In this document: in pieces, positions 24,223 to 34,499 of the stretch
How positions within the stretch are numbered: position 1 is the stretch's first letter
How the letters are laid out: every line of letters starts with the position of its first letter
Assembly (NCBI GenBank): GCA_022703645.1
Contig: JAKLDG010000001.1
Coordinates: forward strand, 573,393 to 637,392
Length of the DNA stretch: 64,000 nt
Origin: Patescibacteria group bacterium
Lineage (GTDB): Bacteria; Patescibacteriota; JACPGU01
Direction: 5' to 3'
The notes under the pieces: generated by a model
The model's input: only the letters and a program-made list of their open reading frames with translations
What the model was told of the DNA's origin: nothing
Database searches by the model: none
Program-made: the position numbers and the translations under genes

Positions 24223-25020
24223 ATGCAAAAAACTATCCAACTTTTAAAAACCTTGGGACTTGATGAACGCGAAGCAAAAACTTATTTAACCGCCCTTGAA
24301 ATCGGTTCCTCCACTATTGCCTATCTAGCAAAGAAAACGGGGGTGAAAAGGACTTCTCTCTATGTATATATCGAAGATATGATTGCGAGAGGATTGATTA
24401 GTATCACAGTATCCGGAAAAAGAAAATTGTATGAGGCATTAGAACCGGAAGGACTTGAGGCTTTAATTGAAAGGCAAAAAGAAGCCGTAGATATTTTAGT
24501 GCCAGAACTATTGTTGTTATCAAGGAAAAGTCCTGAAAAACCCCGCATTAGATTTTATGAAAAAGAAGAAGGCCTGAAGCATCTATTTAATGAAAGTCTC
24601 AATCAAGCTCATGGTTCGGAGATATTATGCTATTCGAATTATGAGGAATATTATAAAGTATTTGATGAAAAGTTTACGAATGATTATATTGCTCGGCGAG
24701 TAGCAAAAGAAATTTCAGTTCGTACAATTCTTACTGAGAATAAGCTGGCAACAGAAATTACAAAAAAGCAAAATAAAAAAGAACTGCGAGAAATCATCAC
24801 AGTTCCCTATGATAAACTGCCAATTGCCATTGAAATGCATATTTACGAAAATAAGCTTGCCATAATGTCATTCGGAAATGAACGGATTGGTGTCTTAATT
24901 GAATCCCCTCAAATCGTCAATACCCAACGCGCAATTTTTAATCTGCTTTGGGAAAAATTAGAAACAGATGAGAAACCACCTGTTCCAAATGTTGTAAAAG
25001 CGCCAATTACAATATTATAA
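24223..25020 (+). CDS. TrmB-family transcriptional regulator
   Basis: N-terminus LGLDEREAKTYLTALEIGSSTIAYLAKKTGVKRTSLYVYIEDMIARGLI matches the TrmB winged-helix pattern. Confidence 0.72.
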   Translation: MQKTIQLLKTLGLDEREAKTYLTALEIGSSTIAYLAKKTGVKRTSLYVYIEDMIARGLISITVSGKRKLYEALEPEGLEALIERQKEAVDILVPELLLLSRKSPEKPRIRFYEKEEGLKHLFNESLNQAHGSEILCYSNYEEYYKVFDEKFTNDYIARRVAKEISVRTILTENKLATEITKKQNKKELREIITVPYDKLPIAIEMHIYENKLAIMSFGNERIGVLIESPQIVNTQRAIFNLLWEKLETDEKPPVPNVVKAPITIL

Positions 25021-26487
25021 TTTATTATCCACTATACTCTTGTCTCTCATCATCGCTTGAATTGACCAGCGGATTCCTTGAATTCCAAGGCCAGATTCTT
25101 TGATTCCGAGAAAAGGAAAATTATCTGGATACCTCTCGCTTTTCGCATTAATCTGAATCACCCCAGTTTGAAGTCTTTCTGCGATTTCTTTTGCCTTTGC
25201 TAAGTCCGAAGTGAATATTGATCCTCCTAAGCCATATTGACTTTGATTGTGAAGTTCTATCATTTCTTCGACGCTTTCGCAAATAATAATAGGCAAAACA
25301 GGACCAAATTGTTCTTCCCAAGCAATTCGCATATCTTTATTAACGCCATCGATAATTGTCGCATCCATATAATTCGCCTTTCTCATACCTCCGTGAATAA
25401 TTTTGGCTCCTGATTCCACTGCATCAAAAACTAATTCTTGAACATAATCAGTTTGTTTTTCAGAAATGATTGGACCCATCTGTGTTTCTTCTTTTCTCGG
25501 ATCCCCTACTTTATCATATTTTTCTTTTACAACCTCAATTAATTTTTTTGTAAATTCATCATGTATGTCGGGCAGTATAAAAACTCTTTTTATCGCAGTG
25601 CACCTCTGCCCCGCATAAGAAAATGCTCCGTCAGCTACCTGAGCGACCGCAATATCCATATCTGCATCAGATAGGACTAAAGCAGCGTCCTTACCGCCAA
25701 GTTCAAGTATAAGGGGCTTCAGTCCTGCTTTTGTGACCAAGTTTTTTCCAACATCACTACTACCGGTAAAACTAATCATTCCGATTTTTTTATGAGAAAC
25801 TAAATAATCACCTATCTCACTGCCTTTGCCGCTGACAAAATTTACTACTCCCTCCGGAAATCCTGCTTTATGGAAAACTTGAGCGACCATTGCTGTGCAA
25901 ATTGTTCCTTGCGTTGGTCCCTTCATTATTACTGCATTTCCAGCTAGTAAAGCTGGCGCTAATTTTGTAACAAGCAGATTGACGGGATAATTAAAAGGAG
26001 AAATTGCCAATACTACACCAATCGGTTCATGCATAAATGTAGATGTTTTTTTGTCATCAGCACCGGGAAAATTTTTCGAATAGAAAATCTCACTATCATT
26101 TACTACCGCAATTTGATCTGCAGTGTAAGAAACAATGCCCGCACTGCGAATAACACTTGATATAGCTGCCTTTTTAGTTTTTCCGACTTCTAAAACTTTC
26201 ATATCAGCAATTTCTTCTTTATTCTCCAACATTATTTCTGCAGCTTTTTTTATTAATGCCGCTCTGTCTTCGGTAGAATAGTTTGCCCATTTTTTTTGCG
26301 CGATCTCAGCATTACTCAACATCTCATCTATTTCTTCAGGAAGTACGGCTTGAATCTTCCCAATCAAAGTCCCGTCTATCGGCGACATAATATCTATAGT
26401 TCTTTCACTTTTACTTTTTATCCACTTACCACCACTAAAAAACTTATATTCATCACCCTCTTTTATATCATCAAATATGTTAGCCAT
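25015..26487 (-). CDS. Aldehyde dehydrogenase family protein, probably non-phosphorylating GAPDH (GapN-like)
   Basis: ELGGKDA and GQRCTAIKR catalytic-Cys motif; 490 aa; adjacent to a sugar kinase, FBA and TPI. Confidence 0.8.
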   Translation of the reverse strand: MANIFDDIKEGDEYKFFSGGKWIKSKSERTIDIMSPIDGTLIGKIQAVLPEEIDEMLSNAEIAQKKWANYSTEDRAALIKKAAEIMLENKEEIADMKVLEVGKTKKAAISSVIRSAGIVSYTADQIAVVNDSEIFYSKNFPGADDKKTSTFMHEPIGVVLAISPFNYPVNLLVTKLAPALLAGNAVIMKGPTQGTICTAMVAQVFHKAGFPEGVVNFVSGKGSEIGDYLVSHKKIGMISFTGSSDVGKNLVTKAGLKPLILELGGKDAALVLSDADMDIAVAQVADGAFSYAGQRCTAIKRVFILPDIHDEFTKKLIEVVKEKYDKVGDPRKEETQMGPIISEKQTDYVQELVFDAVESGAKIIHGGMRKANYMDATIIDGVNKDMRIAWEEQFGPVLPIIICESVEEMIELHNQSQYGLGGSIFTSDLAKAKEIAERLQTGVIQINAKSERYPDNFPFLGIKESGLGIQGIRWSIQAMMRDKSIVDNKL

Positions 26488-26533
26488 AAATTTTTTTTAT
26501 TGATATTAGAAATTATTATTTAGAAATTAAAAA

Positions 26534-27523
26534 CTAAATTTCCGTAACCCTAACTTTATTCTGCTTTAATCTTTTAATCAAAGGCTCCCAGTTCAATAGT
26601 CCTTTTTGCGCTCCATAATTTTTTATCACGCTCGCAGAATTTATTGATGCTAATTTTAAGCTTTCATCAATACTATAACCCTTAAATCCTGCCGCGATAA
26701 ATGTTGAGAAAAAACAATCTCCACTGCCGGTACTGCTAATTCTTTTTGCAGGATAAAGTCCTATTTTTAAAAACCTTTTTCCATCATAGAAATATGCGCC
26801 TTCCTTACCATTTGTAATTATAATTGATTTCGCACCAAGATCATAAATATCTCCTAAAACATTTTTTATTTTTGCATTCTTGACTTCGAGTAATTCAGAA
26901 GCTTCGTTGAGGTTCATTGCAACAACTTCCGATTTTGAAATTAATTTTTTTAATTTTGTTTTATTTTGTTTTAGTTGAAAACCGCTTGGATTTAAATATA
27001 ATTTTTTCTTTTTCGAATTAATCTTATTAAATAATTTGTCCTGTAACACACCGGATGATTGGTTGACCCCGGAAAGATATATAGAATCAGTGCTGCGTAG
27101 AATTTTGTCTAAATCGATTTTTGAAAAATCATTTTTTGCTCTGTATGTTAGAATACTACGATCTCCGTCTTCACCAATTAATACAACCGAAAAACCCAGA
27201 TATGAATTTTTTTCTTTTTTTATAAAATCCGTTCGAACTTTTTTTTGCTTTATTCTTTCCCATGCTTCACTACTTAGTGAATCGTCACCCAATACTGTCG
27301 CAAAAGCAGTTTTTATTCCAAGCCCAGAAAAGTTTATTGCCGCGTTAAAAGAACAACCACCAAAATCATAAGTTAGTTCGTCGATTGAAACTTTATCACC
27401 ATAAGGATATGCAATATATTTTCTTCTCCGGCCCATCCATTTTCCTTTAAATAGAATTTCCGATGGCGCTTTGATAAAAATATCTTTCAGACATCCGCCG
27501 ATTGTGATAATTTGATATTTCAT
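26534..27523 (-). CDS. PfkB-family carbohydrate kinase
   Basis: C-terminal ISSTGSGDCFFSTFIAAG resembles the PfkB DTxGAGD motif; 329 aa. Confidence 0.7.
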   Translation of the reverse strand: MKYQIITIGGCLKDIFIKAPSEILFKGKWMGRRRKYIAYPYGDKVSIDELTYDFGGCSFNAAINFSGLGIKTAFATVLGDDSLSSEAWERIKQKKVRTDFIKKEKNSYLGFSVVLIGEDGDRSILTYRAKNDFSKIDLDKILRSTDSIYLSGVNQSSGVLQDKLFNKINSKKKKLYLNPSGFQLKQNKTKLKKLISKSEVVAMNLNEASELLEVKNAKIKNVLGDIYDLGAKSIIITNGKEGAYFYDGKRFLKIGLYPAKRISSTGSGDCFFSTFIAAGFKGYSIDESLKLASINSASVIKNYGAQKGLLNWEPLIKRLKQNKVRVTEI

Positions 27524-27524
27524 A

Positions 27525-28424
27525 TTATCTACCGCTAAATAATTTGATTTTACCTATCACTTCTTCTCCCATCGCTTCAGCAACATTATTCAATATTTTA
27601 TATAGTTTTGTTTCATCGCCTTTTTTAACTTCCTTTACTAATTGCAAAAACATTGCTAATTGCAGATCGGTATCGATATTTACTTTTCTTATTCCAAGTT
27701 TAATCGCTTCTTTTATATTCGCATCACTTACTCCGGATGTCCTGCCAAGATTTATTCCGATTTTTTTCAATCCTCTCGTAACTTCCCCACTAACACCAGA
27801 CGCGCCATGAAGCACTAGTGGAATATCTACAAGATTTTTTATCTGTTTCAAAATTTGAAAATTCAATCTACTTTCGCCTTTGAATTTATATGCGCCATGA
27901 CTTGTCCCAATGGAAACCGCAAGAGAATTGCATGCTGTCTTTTTGACAAATTCTTCTGCCTGAATCGGATCAGTATATATTAAACCACGATTATTATTTT
28001 TTTCTTCTGCTCCTCCAACAGAACCAATTTCAGATTCAACCCAAACGCCATACTTTCTCGCAATTTTTACAATATACTTTGTCAAATACACATTCTGTTG
28101 AAATTTTTCGGCAGATGCATCTATCATTACTGAATCAAAACCTTTCCTGATTGCAGATTCTAAAAGATCCAGATCTTTACCATGATCAATATGAATAAAT
28201 ATTTGGGTTGCGTATTTCTCTTGAAAATATTCCTTTGCCCAAATAAAAAAGTCTAAACCAGCATGTTTTATAGCTCCCTCACTCGCACCAATAATAATCG
28301 GTGTTTTTGTTTTTTTACTTGCCATCACCGCCGCTTCAAAAGTTTCCAGATTACTAACATTGAAATGGCCGATCGCTTTTTTACCTTTTTCTAATTGTTG
28401 GAAAACTTTTTTTAAACTATTCAT
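27525..28424 (-). CDS. fba: Class II fructose-bisphosphate aldolase
   Basis: IHIDHG and VLHGASGV motifs. Confidence 0.88.
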   Translation of the reverse strand: MNSLKKVFQQLEKGKKAIGHFNVSNLETFEAAVMASKKTKTPIIIGASEGAIKHAGLDFFIWAKEYFQEKYATQIFIHIDHGKDLDLLESAIRKGFDSVMIDASAEKFQQNVYLTKYIVKIARKYGVWVESEIGSVGGAEEKNNNRGLIYTDPIQAEEFVKKTACNSLAVSIGTSHGAYKFKGESRLNFQILKQIKNLVDIPLVLHGASGVSGEVTRGLKKIGINLGRTSGVSDANIKEAIKLGIRKVNIDTDLQLAMFLQLVKEVKKGDETKLYKILNNVAEAMGEEVIGKIKLFSGR

Positions 28425-28444
28425 TTTTATTTTTGTTTTTTTGT

Positions 28445-29230
28445 TTAATTGACAACGTGTTTATCAATATTTACGATAATCTCGCTTACAGAATTCGGTT
28501 TTAGACTTTCTCTTCCGAGAATAAATCCATTCAAATCTGGTATGGCTAAAAAGTTTTTATAATTGTCAATATTTACACTTCCTCCATACAAAACCGCGGG
28601 TCTTGGAATTATATCTTTTTTACTGCCAAGTCCCACAAATTTCAAGACTGCTTTCCTTCGAAACTTTCGAAAAATTGTTTTTCTAATTTGTCGGATAGAA
28701 TACGCCACTTTGTCAACCGATGCTGGATTATCGGAACCTATTGCTTCATGAGGTTCATATGCAAATATCATCTTATTAATGTCTTCAGCTGAAAAAGCAT
28801 TTACCACATTTCTTGTTTCAACTCGAAAATCTTTATAGCCTACACAAATTACAGGAATAATTCCATTTCTTAGTGATTCTTTAATCTTTAGATTTACAAC
28901 TAGGTTACTATCCCCCATAACTCTCAATTCTGAATGACCAATAATTGCATACTCCACTCCAAAATCTTTCGCCATTTTTGCACTAACCTTCCCAGTATAA
29001 GAACCAGAAGATTTCCAAAAGACATCTTGAGCCCCAAGTTTGATCATTCTAGATCGCATTTGATCAAAAAGATGAAAATAAAGATATGGCGGACAAACAA
29101 CAACTCTTTTGTTTGCCCATTTCTCTTTTTTATTTTCGGACAATATCTTATTATAAGCTGACAGAAGTGAGCGAGCTTTATCAAAGCTCGAAGGATTCAT
29201 TTTCCAGTTGCAAATTAGGTAATAGCGCAC
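28445..29230 (-). CDS. tpiA: Triosephosphate isomerase (divergent)
   Basis: CNWKMN, IGHSE, AYEPHEAIGS, LYGGSV. Confidence 0.82.
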   Translation of the reverse strand: MRYYLICNWKMNPSSFDKARSLLSAYNKILSENKKEKWANKRVVVCPPYLYFHLFDQMRSRMIKLGAQDVFWKSSGSYTGKVSAKMAKDFGVEYAIIGHSELRVMGDSNLVVNLKIKESLRNGIIPVICVGYKDFRVETRNVVNAFSAEDINKMIFAYEPHEAIGSDNPASVDKVAYSIRQIRKTIFRKFRRKAVLKFVGLGSKKDIIPRPAVLYGGSVNIDNYKNFLAIPDLNGFILGRESLKPNSVSEIIVNIDKHVVN

Positions 29231-29370
29231 TATCCCCCCTTTTTACCCAGTCAAATATCACCGGTAATTTTGCTCCGGCAAAACCATTTGACGAGGTTAA
29301 ATTTTAACGAATATTATTATATTCATAATAGTTTTTTAAAATAAATATTACAAGATAGATTTTATTTAAA

Positions 29371-29405
29371 TCTTTATAAAAATGAGCGACTTTTTCAGTC
29401 GCTCA
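29371..29405 (-). terminator. Rho-independent terminator downstream of the FmdB-like gene
   Basis: Minus-strand GAGCGACUGAAAAAGUCGCUC followed by AUUUUUAUAAAG, 11 nt after the stop. Confidence 0.65.
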
Positions 29406-29416
29406 AATAATCCTAA

Positions 29417-29623
29417 TTATTTACTGCATCCTCCTCCCGAACACCCCGAACAGCTGCCGCAACTACCTTTGTCCTGCTTTAAATCGAAAGACTGTAATTC
29501 TTTCAATTCCTTATGCCCGCATTTTGCGCATTTCTCTTCCAAAGATTTTTTTTCTTTCTTATCTTTAAAAAGACGCGTGAAAGTGTATTTACATTTTTTG
29601 CATTCATATTCTGTTATATTCAT
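29417..29623 (-). CDS. FmdB-family zinc-ribbon protein
   Basis: MNITEYECKKCKYTF...CAKCGH...GSCGSCSGCSGGGC; internal ATG at 29621-29623 fits the family N-terminus better than the track start at 29692. Confidence 0.65.
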   Translation of the reverse strand: MNITEYECKKCKYTFTRLFKDKKEKKSLEEKCAKCGHKELKELQSFDLKQDKGSCGSCSGCSGGGCSK

Positions 29624-29804
29624 GCGTCCAAACTTTCTCAGTGTTCTCCGCGAAATCTTTTCTAAAAAGATTTCTCTATAAACACATCGCAAGTTTCTCC
29701 TTTTAAGAAAAAATCCGACTATATATCTCGGTGTAGATTTTTTCTTAGATTAATATTTATTCATAATTCATAATTCTAAATTTCAGATTCTAAATTCTTC
29801 CCCA

Positions 29805-30122
29805 TTATTTAATCGCTGATTCTAATCTACTGATAATTGTGTCTTTTGATTGCAGTCCGATCATCTGATCAACAATCTTCCCATTTTTGAAAATCAGTAG
29901 CGTTGGTATGCTCATTACCTTATATCTTCCTGCAATAATCGGGTTTTCATCTACATTGAGCTTTGCTATATAAGCTTTCTCTCCTATTTCTTTCATAACT
30001 TCTTCGATAACAGGCGTTAACATTTTACAGGGGCCACACCAAGGCGCCCAAAAATCTACTAAGGAAACTTTTTCGTTATCAACAACGTTTTTATCAAAAT
30101 TATAATCATCCAATTCTGTCAT
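29805..30122 (-). CDS. trxA: Thioredoxin
   Basis: 105 aa, WCGPC active site. Confidence 0.93.
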   Translation of the reverse strand: MTELDDYNFDKNVVDNEKVSLVDFWAPWCGPCKMLTPVIEEVMKEIGEKAYIAKLNVDENPIIAGRYKVMSIPTLLIFKNGKIVDQMIGLQSKDTIISRLESAIK

Positions 30123-30210
30123 ATTTTTTTCTCTCCAACAATATTACTAGTTTATATAAACTATTATAGAATTTTTTTAGAACTTTTCCAAGGACTTTTG
30201 TTGCCCATTA

Positions 30211-31179
30211 CTACTTGCTGGCTTTTTCCAATCTTACTATCTCATCCAATGCCGCCTGGCCAACTGCGATATTTATATCACTGGGGTTTGATAAAAAAAA
30301 ATATTGTACCAGGTTTATGGGTTTAATAAATATAAAATTAAATATTGAACCTTCGATTTTACTTAACAACATTACGAATTCATAAGCCAACGAGGAAGAC
30401 AGCAAAAACAAACCAATAACTACTAAACCCCCCCAAATAACACCGTATTCCGGTATTTTTAGAAAAGTAACAAGCAAAGAAAGAAAAACAGCCACCCAAA
30501 AACCGACGACCAGCCCGCATCTGTCATTATATATACTGATATCATTATCTTTTCTAGTATGCCTTTCGTGCATATTAATAATCCTATGCTCCACGCTATG
30601 ATATGCGAAATATTGATAATCTCTTTTCCGACCAATAGTAACGAGAGCAAAAAGTACCGCAAAAAATAATATGAGTCCCAATGTAATCAAAAAATTATAA
30701 CAAAAAGTAACTCCTTCACTAGATAAACCATGAGTTATATTGCCATAGAGATAATTAAAAAAACCTACCACAAGCAGTAGATAGATTATATATAAAATAT
30801 ATTGATCAATTTTAATAAAAAGTCTCTGCGCTCTAGTCTTACGTCTTAATAGATTTTTAACAAAAGCTCTTTTATGCCACATTGCTTTTATTAAAAAAAC
30901 CAAGTTTTCAATAAAATAAGTTATGCCGCGAATAAACGGGATAAAGAGTAAGCTATATTTTTCTCTGATATTTTTCAGTTTAAAAGATAGAACTTCAATC
31001 TTGCCAACCTCATCAGTCATGGCAATTGCCATATAATTATAACTACGCAACATAATACCATTTGATAGCGCCATACCACCCATTGGAATATATTCTTGAA
31101 AAGAAACTTTCTTTGTTTTTTTATTTAATTTCTTTTTTGGTTTTTCGGTTTGTTTTTTTATTTTTTTCTTTGGCATCAT
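30211..31179 (-). CDS. DUF1385-family membrane protein
   Basis: MGGMALSNGIMLRS and YHSVEHRIINMHE resemble DUF1385 conserved blocks; several TM segments. Confidence 0.6.
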   Translation of the reverse strand: MMPKKKIKKQTEKPKKKLNKKTKKVSFQEYIPMGGMALSNGIMLRSYNYMAIAMTDEVGKIEVLSFKLKNIREKYSLLFIPFIRGITYFIENLVFLIKAMWHKRAFVKNLLRRKTRAQRLFIKIDQYILYIIYLLLVVGFFNYLYGNITHGLSSEGVTFCYNFLITLGLILFFAVLFALVTIGRKRDYQYFAYHSVEHRIINMHERHTRKDNDISIYNDRCGLVVGFWVAVFLSLLVTFLKIPEYGVIWGGLVVIGLFLLSSSLAYEFVMLLSKIEGSIFNFIFIKPINLVQYFFLSNPSDINIAVGQAALDEIVRLEKASK

Positions 31180-31490
31180 CCCCCCTTTTATTTATTACCT
31201 ACATAATACAACAATAGATTTTTTTGGCAATAAAAAAAAGAGGCCGCGAAAAGCTTCTGTAAATCCCTCTGAAATGCCCCACTCAGGTCTTGAACCCCAC
31301 TTAACAGGAGTGTTAAGGCCTTTTCCACTAGGGGTCTTTACAGGGAAAAGGTCGGGGCGTTGTGAGGCAGTATAAACAATGCTTTAACCTGATAATGAGA
31401 CAAATGAGACACTATAAAAAGGGACTGTCTCATGTCTCAAACTTGACTTACTAGAAACATTATAGCATGAGTAAAGGAATTTGATAAGTA

Positions 31491-32057
31491 TTAAAGTTGG
31501 ATAGTAATGCTCTCATCCTCATTTTTAGTCACTTTATGCTCTCTTTTCTTGGGACCAAACAACTCTATGTTTTCTTTGATCATAAAAACATAATAATAAG
31601 GGCTACTTTCTGCGGTAGGCACAATCCTTGCATTTAGTTTGCCTTCCCTAATCATCTTTTTCGCAGTAGCTGTCCTTATTTTAAAATAATGATCAAGCTC
31701 CCACATAGCATACCAACTATCCTTATCTTTGCACGCTTTAGATGGGACTATTTTCTGATCAACTGCTTTTTGGCACAATAAGCACTTAATACCGTTTTTA
31801 TCATACCAACTCGACTCTCCCTCAACATAGGTACCGCAAATACAACAGGAGTATTTGCCACCCTCCATATGGAACCCTTTCGGATTATCTTTTAATTTTA
31901 ATTTACGAAAATGCTCTTTCTTGGCAACATCAAACAAAATCTTATAGAATTCATGCAATCGCCATGATGCGTCAGAAGCCTCTTCCCATGTTAGCTTCTT
32001 GCCATATTCTTTTTCGTAGATTTCTTGAAATTCTTTTATTGCTTCGTCTGATAACAT
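31491..32057 (-). CDS. Hypothetical Cys-containing protein (last gene of candidate defence operon)
   Basis: 188 aa; SCCICG...CLLCQ cysteine pairs; 22 bp downstream of the 801-aa gene. Confidence 0.5.
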   Translation of the reverse strand: MLSDEAIKEFQEIYEKEYGKKLTWEEASDASWRLHEFYKILFDVAKKEHFRKLKLKDNPKGFHMEGGKYSCCICGTYVEGESSWYDKNGIKCLLCQKAVDQKIVPSKACKDKDSWYAMWELDHYFKIRTATAKKMIREGKLNARIVPTAESSPYYYVFMIKENIELFGPKKREHKVTKNEDESITIQL

Positions 32058-32079
32058 AATTTTATGTATTACTTTAAAC

Positions 32080-34485
32080 CTATTCCAAGTTTTGACCCAT
32101 AAGCAACTCCTCTAATTCAGTTTTATTTATTTCAATCTTGTTGCTTATCATTAAATCATCATAAACACAAACCTTTCCACTATCATCTTTTTTAGTTGAA
32201 CAAAATACGGAATACAGCCAATTATAAAATGATCTTTTTGATTTTATATTGCTATTAATAGACTCCTTGTAAGTCTTAAAATGGTTAAATATATCCAAAA
32301 GATTCTTGTTTGAAACGACAACAATCTTAAGCCGCCTATTTTTTGTAAGCTTCTTTGCTATTCCAGCAAAAGATCCATTAGGCTTTTTATTGGAAATGAA
32401 AATAAGACTCTTAAGACCACCCTTACTCTTAACATATTTATTTTTCTTGAAGCTAGAGACATAAATATCATTTTTTTTGAATCCTCCACAAGAAAAAGGC
32501 TTTGAGTAAAATTTAGAGTCCCAAATAAATAGTCCATTCTTAACACCAGGAAATATAGGGAAAGCCGATTTACCATCAGGTACTGCCTTACCGCGCTTAG
32601 TTGTTCCGAGCCAACTAGAAAAGCCAAACATTGATCTTAACAGCACATGGCAATGAGCCTCAAAAAGCTCTGCCCCTAAATTATTGCCTCCTGCATTTTT
32701 GGAACTATAGAATGAGTTATCTCCTATCTTCCTGGAAACCTCATTCGCAAGATTTTCTATTTTTGTAATGCTTTCTCTCTTTATCTCGTTTGATAATAGT
32801 GTAAAAATGTCTTTATTTTCATATTGTATCTTATAAAACAACTTATGTAATTCGATAGCCATAATATTGTAGCTTTTTAGTTTTGATACATCATCTTTTG
32901 AAGTAACAACATGAACATCCGGAAAACGATGAGACAATAGCTCTAATTGATTATTGCTCAATTCTTCAGTAAGGGGTAGTAATAAAATTGTTTTTCCATT
33001 CTTTTCCCCCTCAATAAGATGTATTTTTCTTTTTAATAGCTCCTTTGGGGTATTGCTAATAAGTCTATAACCAAAATCATCGAACTTAGTTTTAATATAT
33101 CTTGCAATGCTTTCTTCGTTAATATTATTGATTATAATTTCTTTATTAGCATAGAGTGGAGACTTGCATATGCCACACAAAGACCCAACATCCTGTGGCT
33201 TACAATAATTAAGACACCCTTTATTAAAACAAAAATAACTTATGAAAAATTCGTCTTTCTCCTTATCAAAAAAGTTTAATTTCTTAAGCAAAGACAATAC
33301 CTCCATCCCTCGCTTATCTCTTATGCTATATGGCGTATATCTTTTTGCTGAATTACATAAAAATGTTTCACAAAAATACTTTTCATTAAGCTCATCATTT
33401 TTCACAAAAGCTCCCATACTTATATCAAAATCTTTTTCAAAATCTTGAAAAACTTTTTGCCTATCAAGCGGATTTAGCTTTCTATCATTAAAATCAAAGA
33501 GTACCGCACCCAATATGCCAGAGTTAGTAAATGATCGTAAAAAAATGGTTAACTTTTTACCCTTTAATTCATTGTGAATCAAATGGATAATTTTTAGATT
33601 AGGAACTTTTATTTTTATTTGCTGAAAAAACTCACTATTAGAAACTCCGAGATCTGTTCGAAACTTTGAAAATTTAGGCATTATAGTAACTTCAAAATCT
33701 CCATTATACGAAGTTAACCCCAAAAGATTAAATGATTCAGATGAACCTGTCTTGATAAATCTTTCAATTTTTTTAAAATCATTTTTGATTTCAACACAAT
33801 CAATATAAGCATTAAAATAACGTGCTAGATGATTTCGAATAATATTTGTCTCTTTCTTGGAATCTGCCGATATTTTAATATCTAGCTTATTGCGTGTTTT
33901 TTTGACTTGTAGAAATTTGTAAATAGGATTGTTTCCCTTCCCACGTCTAAATATGAATACATTCCATCCACGCAACTCGACTCTATCAAGAAACCTATAT
34001 TGATCATTCATGAATCTTGATAACCAGCGTTGTAGATCCTTGGGACGATAACCACTAATGTTATTAATTACTTTCGTATTAGTAGTATATAAATAACCCT
34101 GCCCCTTTCTGTTTAGTTCGCGCAAGTAAACAATCTTTTTAAAGATATTCTCCAAATTTTCATATGATTTGTACCTGAAAGTATTAGAAAGACTTAAAAA
34201 AGAGCTTGGGATATCTTTTTTCTCAAAGAAAATTTGAATAGTTAGTGAGTCGTTTAAGAAAAACTTACAAAAACGGAGCAATTGCAAATCGGGTGCTTTA
34301 TATTTATCGAATATCCTCTTTGTCTTTTCTGCTAACTCATCATCTATGCCCTTAGATAAGAGCCTCCTTTTTAGACCTTGCCAGCTATATTTCTTATACT
34401 CACGATCGTTGGCAAGCAAATAAATACCTGACTTCTTCCAAAAAGAAGACCATTGTTGTTTTGAAATTGAGGACTTAGAACTCAT
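32080..34485 (-). CDS. Large multidomain protein with C-terminal Mrr-type PD-(D/E)xK nuclease-like domain and central Cys cluster
   Basis: 801 aa; C-terminus NLGAELFEAHCHVLLRSMFGFSSWLG...VPDGKSAFPIF...LFIWDSKFYSK (E...D...DxK pattern); CFNKGCLNYC...CGIC; N-terminal ~550 aa unassignable. Confidence 0.6.
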   Translation of the reverse strand: MSSKSSISKQQWSSFWKKSGIYLLANDREYKKYSWQGLKRRLLSKGIDDELAEKTKRIFDKYKAPDLQLLRFCKFFLNDSLTIQIFFEKKDIPSSFLSLSNTFRYKSYENLENIFKKIVYLRELNRKGQGYLYTTNTKVINNISGYRPKDLQRWLSRFMNDQYRFLDRVELRGWNVFIFRRGKGNNPIYKFLQVKKTRNKLDIKISADSKKETNIIRNHLARYFNAYIDCVEIKNDFKKIERFIKTGSSESFNLLGLTSYNGDFEVTIMPKFSKFRTDLGVSNSEFFQQIKIKVPNLKIIHLIHNELKGKKLTIFLRSFTNSGILGAVLFDFNDRKLNPLDRQKVFQDFEKDFDISMGAFVKNDELNEKYFCETFLCNSAKRYTPYSIRDKRGMEVLSLLKKLNFFDKEKDEFFISYFCFNKGCLNYCKPQDVGSLCGICKSPLYANKEIIINNINEESIARYIKTKFDDFGYRLISNTPKELLKRKIHLIEGEKNGKTILLLPLTEELSNNQLELLSHRFPDVHVVTSKDDVSKLKSYNIMAIELHKLFYKIQYENKDIFTLLSNEIKRESITKIENLANEVSRKIGDNSFYSSKNAGGNNLGAELFEAHCHVLLRSMFGFSSWLGTTKRGKAVPDGKSAFPIFPGVKNGLFIWDSKFYSKPFSCGGFKKNDIYVSSFKKNKYVKSKGGLKSLIFISNKKPNGSFAGIAKKLTKNRRLKIVVVSNKNLLDIFNHFKTYKESINSNIKSKRSFYNWLYSVFCSTKKDDSGKVCVYDDLMISNKIEINKTELEELLMGQNLE

Positions 34486-34499
34486 ATTCCTTATTTTAC

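Noticed and set aside
29382-29681. Plus-strand ORF 29382-29681
   Set aside because: Its start lies inside the terminator hairpin of the minus-strand FmdB-like gene, whose Cys-rich zinc-ribbon signature is convincing.
31200-31490. Possible RNase P RNA, tmRNA or SRP RNA
   Set aside because: Only a loose resemblance (GGAAAAGGUCGGGGC versus the P4-type GGAAAGUCCGGGC); no tRNA-like T-arm, no CCA, no tag ORF; left as unclassified.
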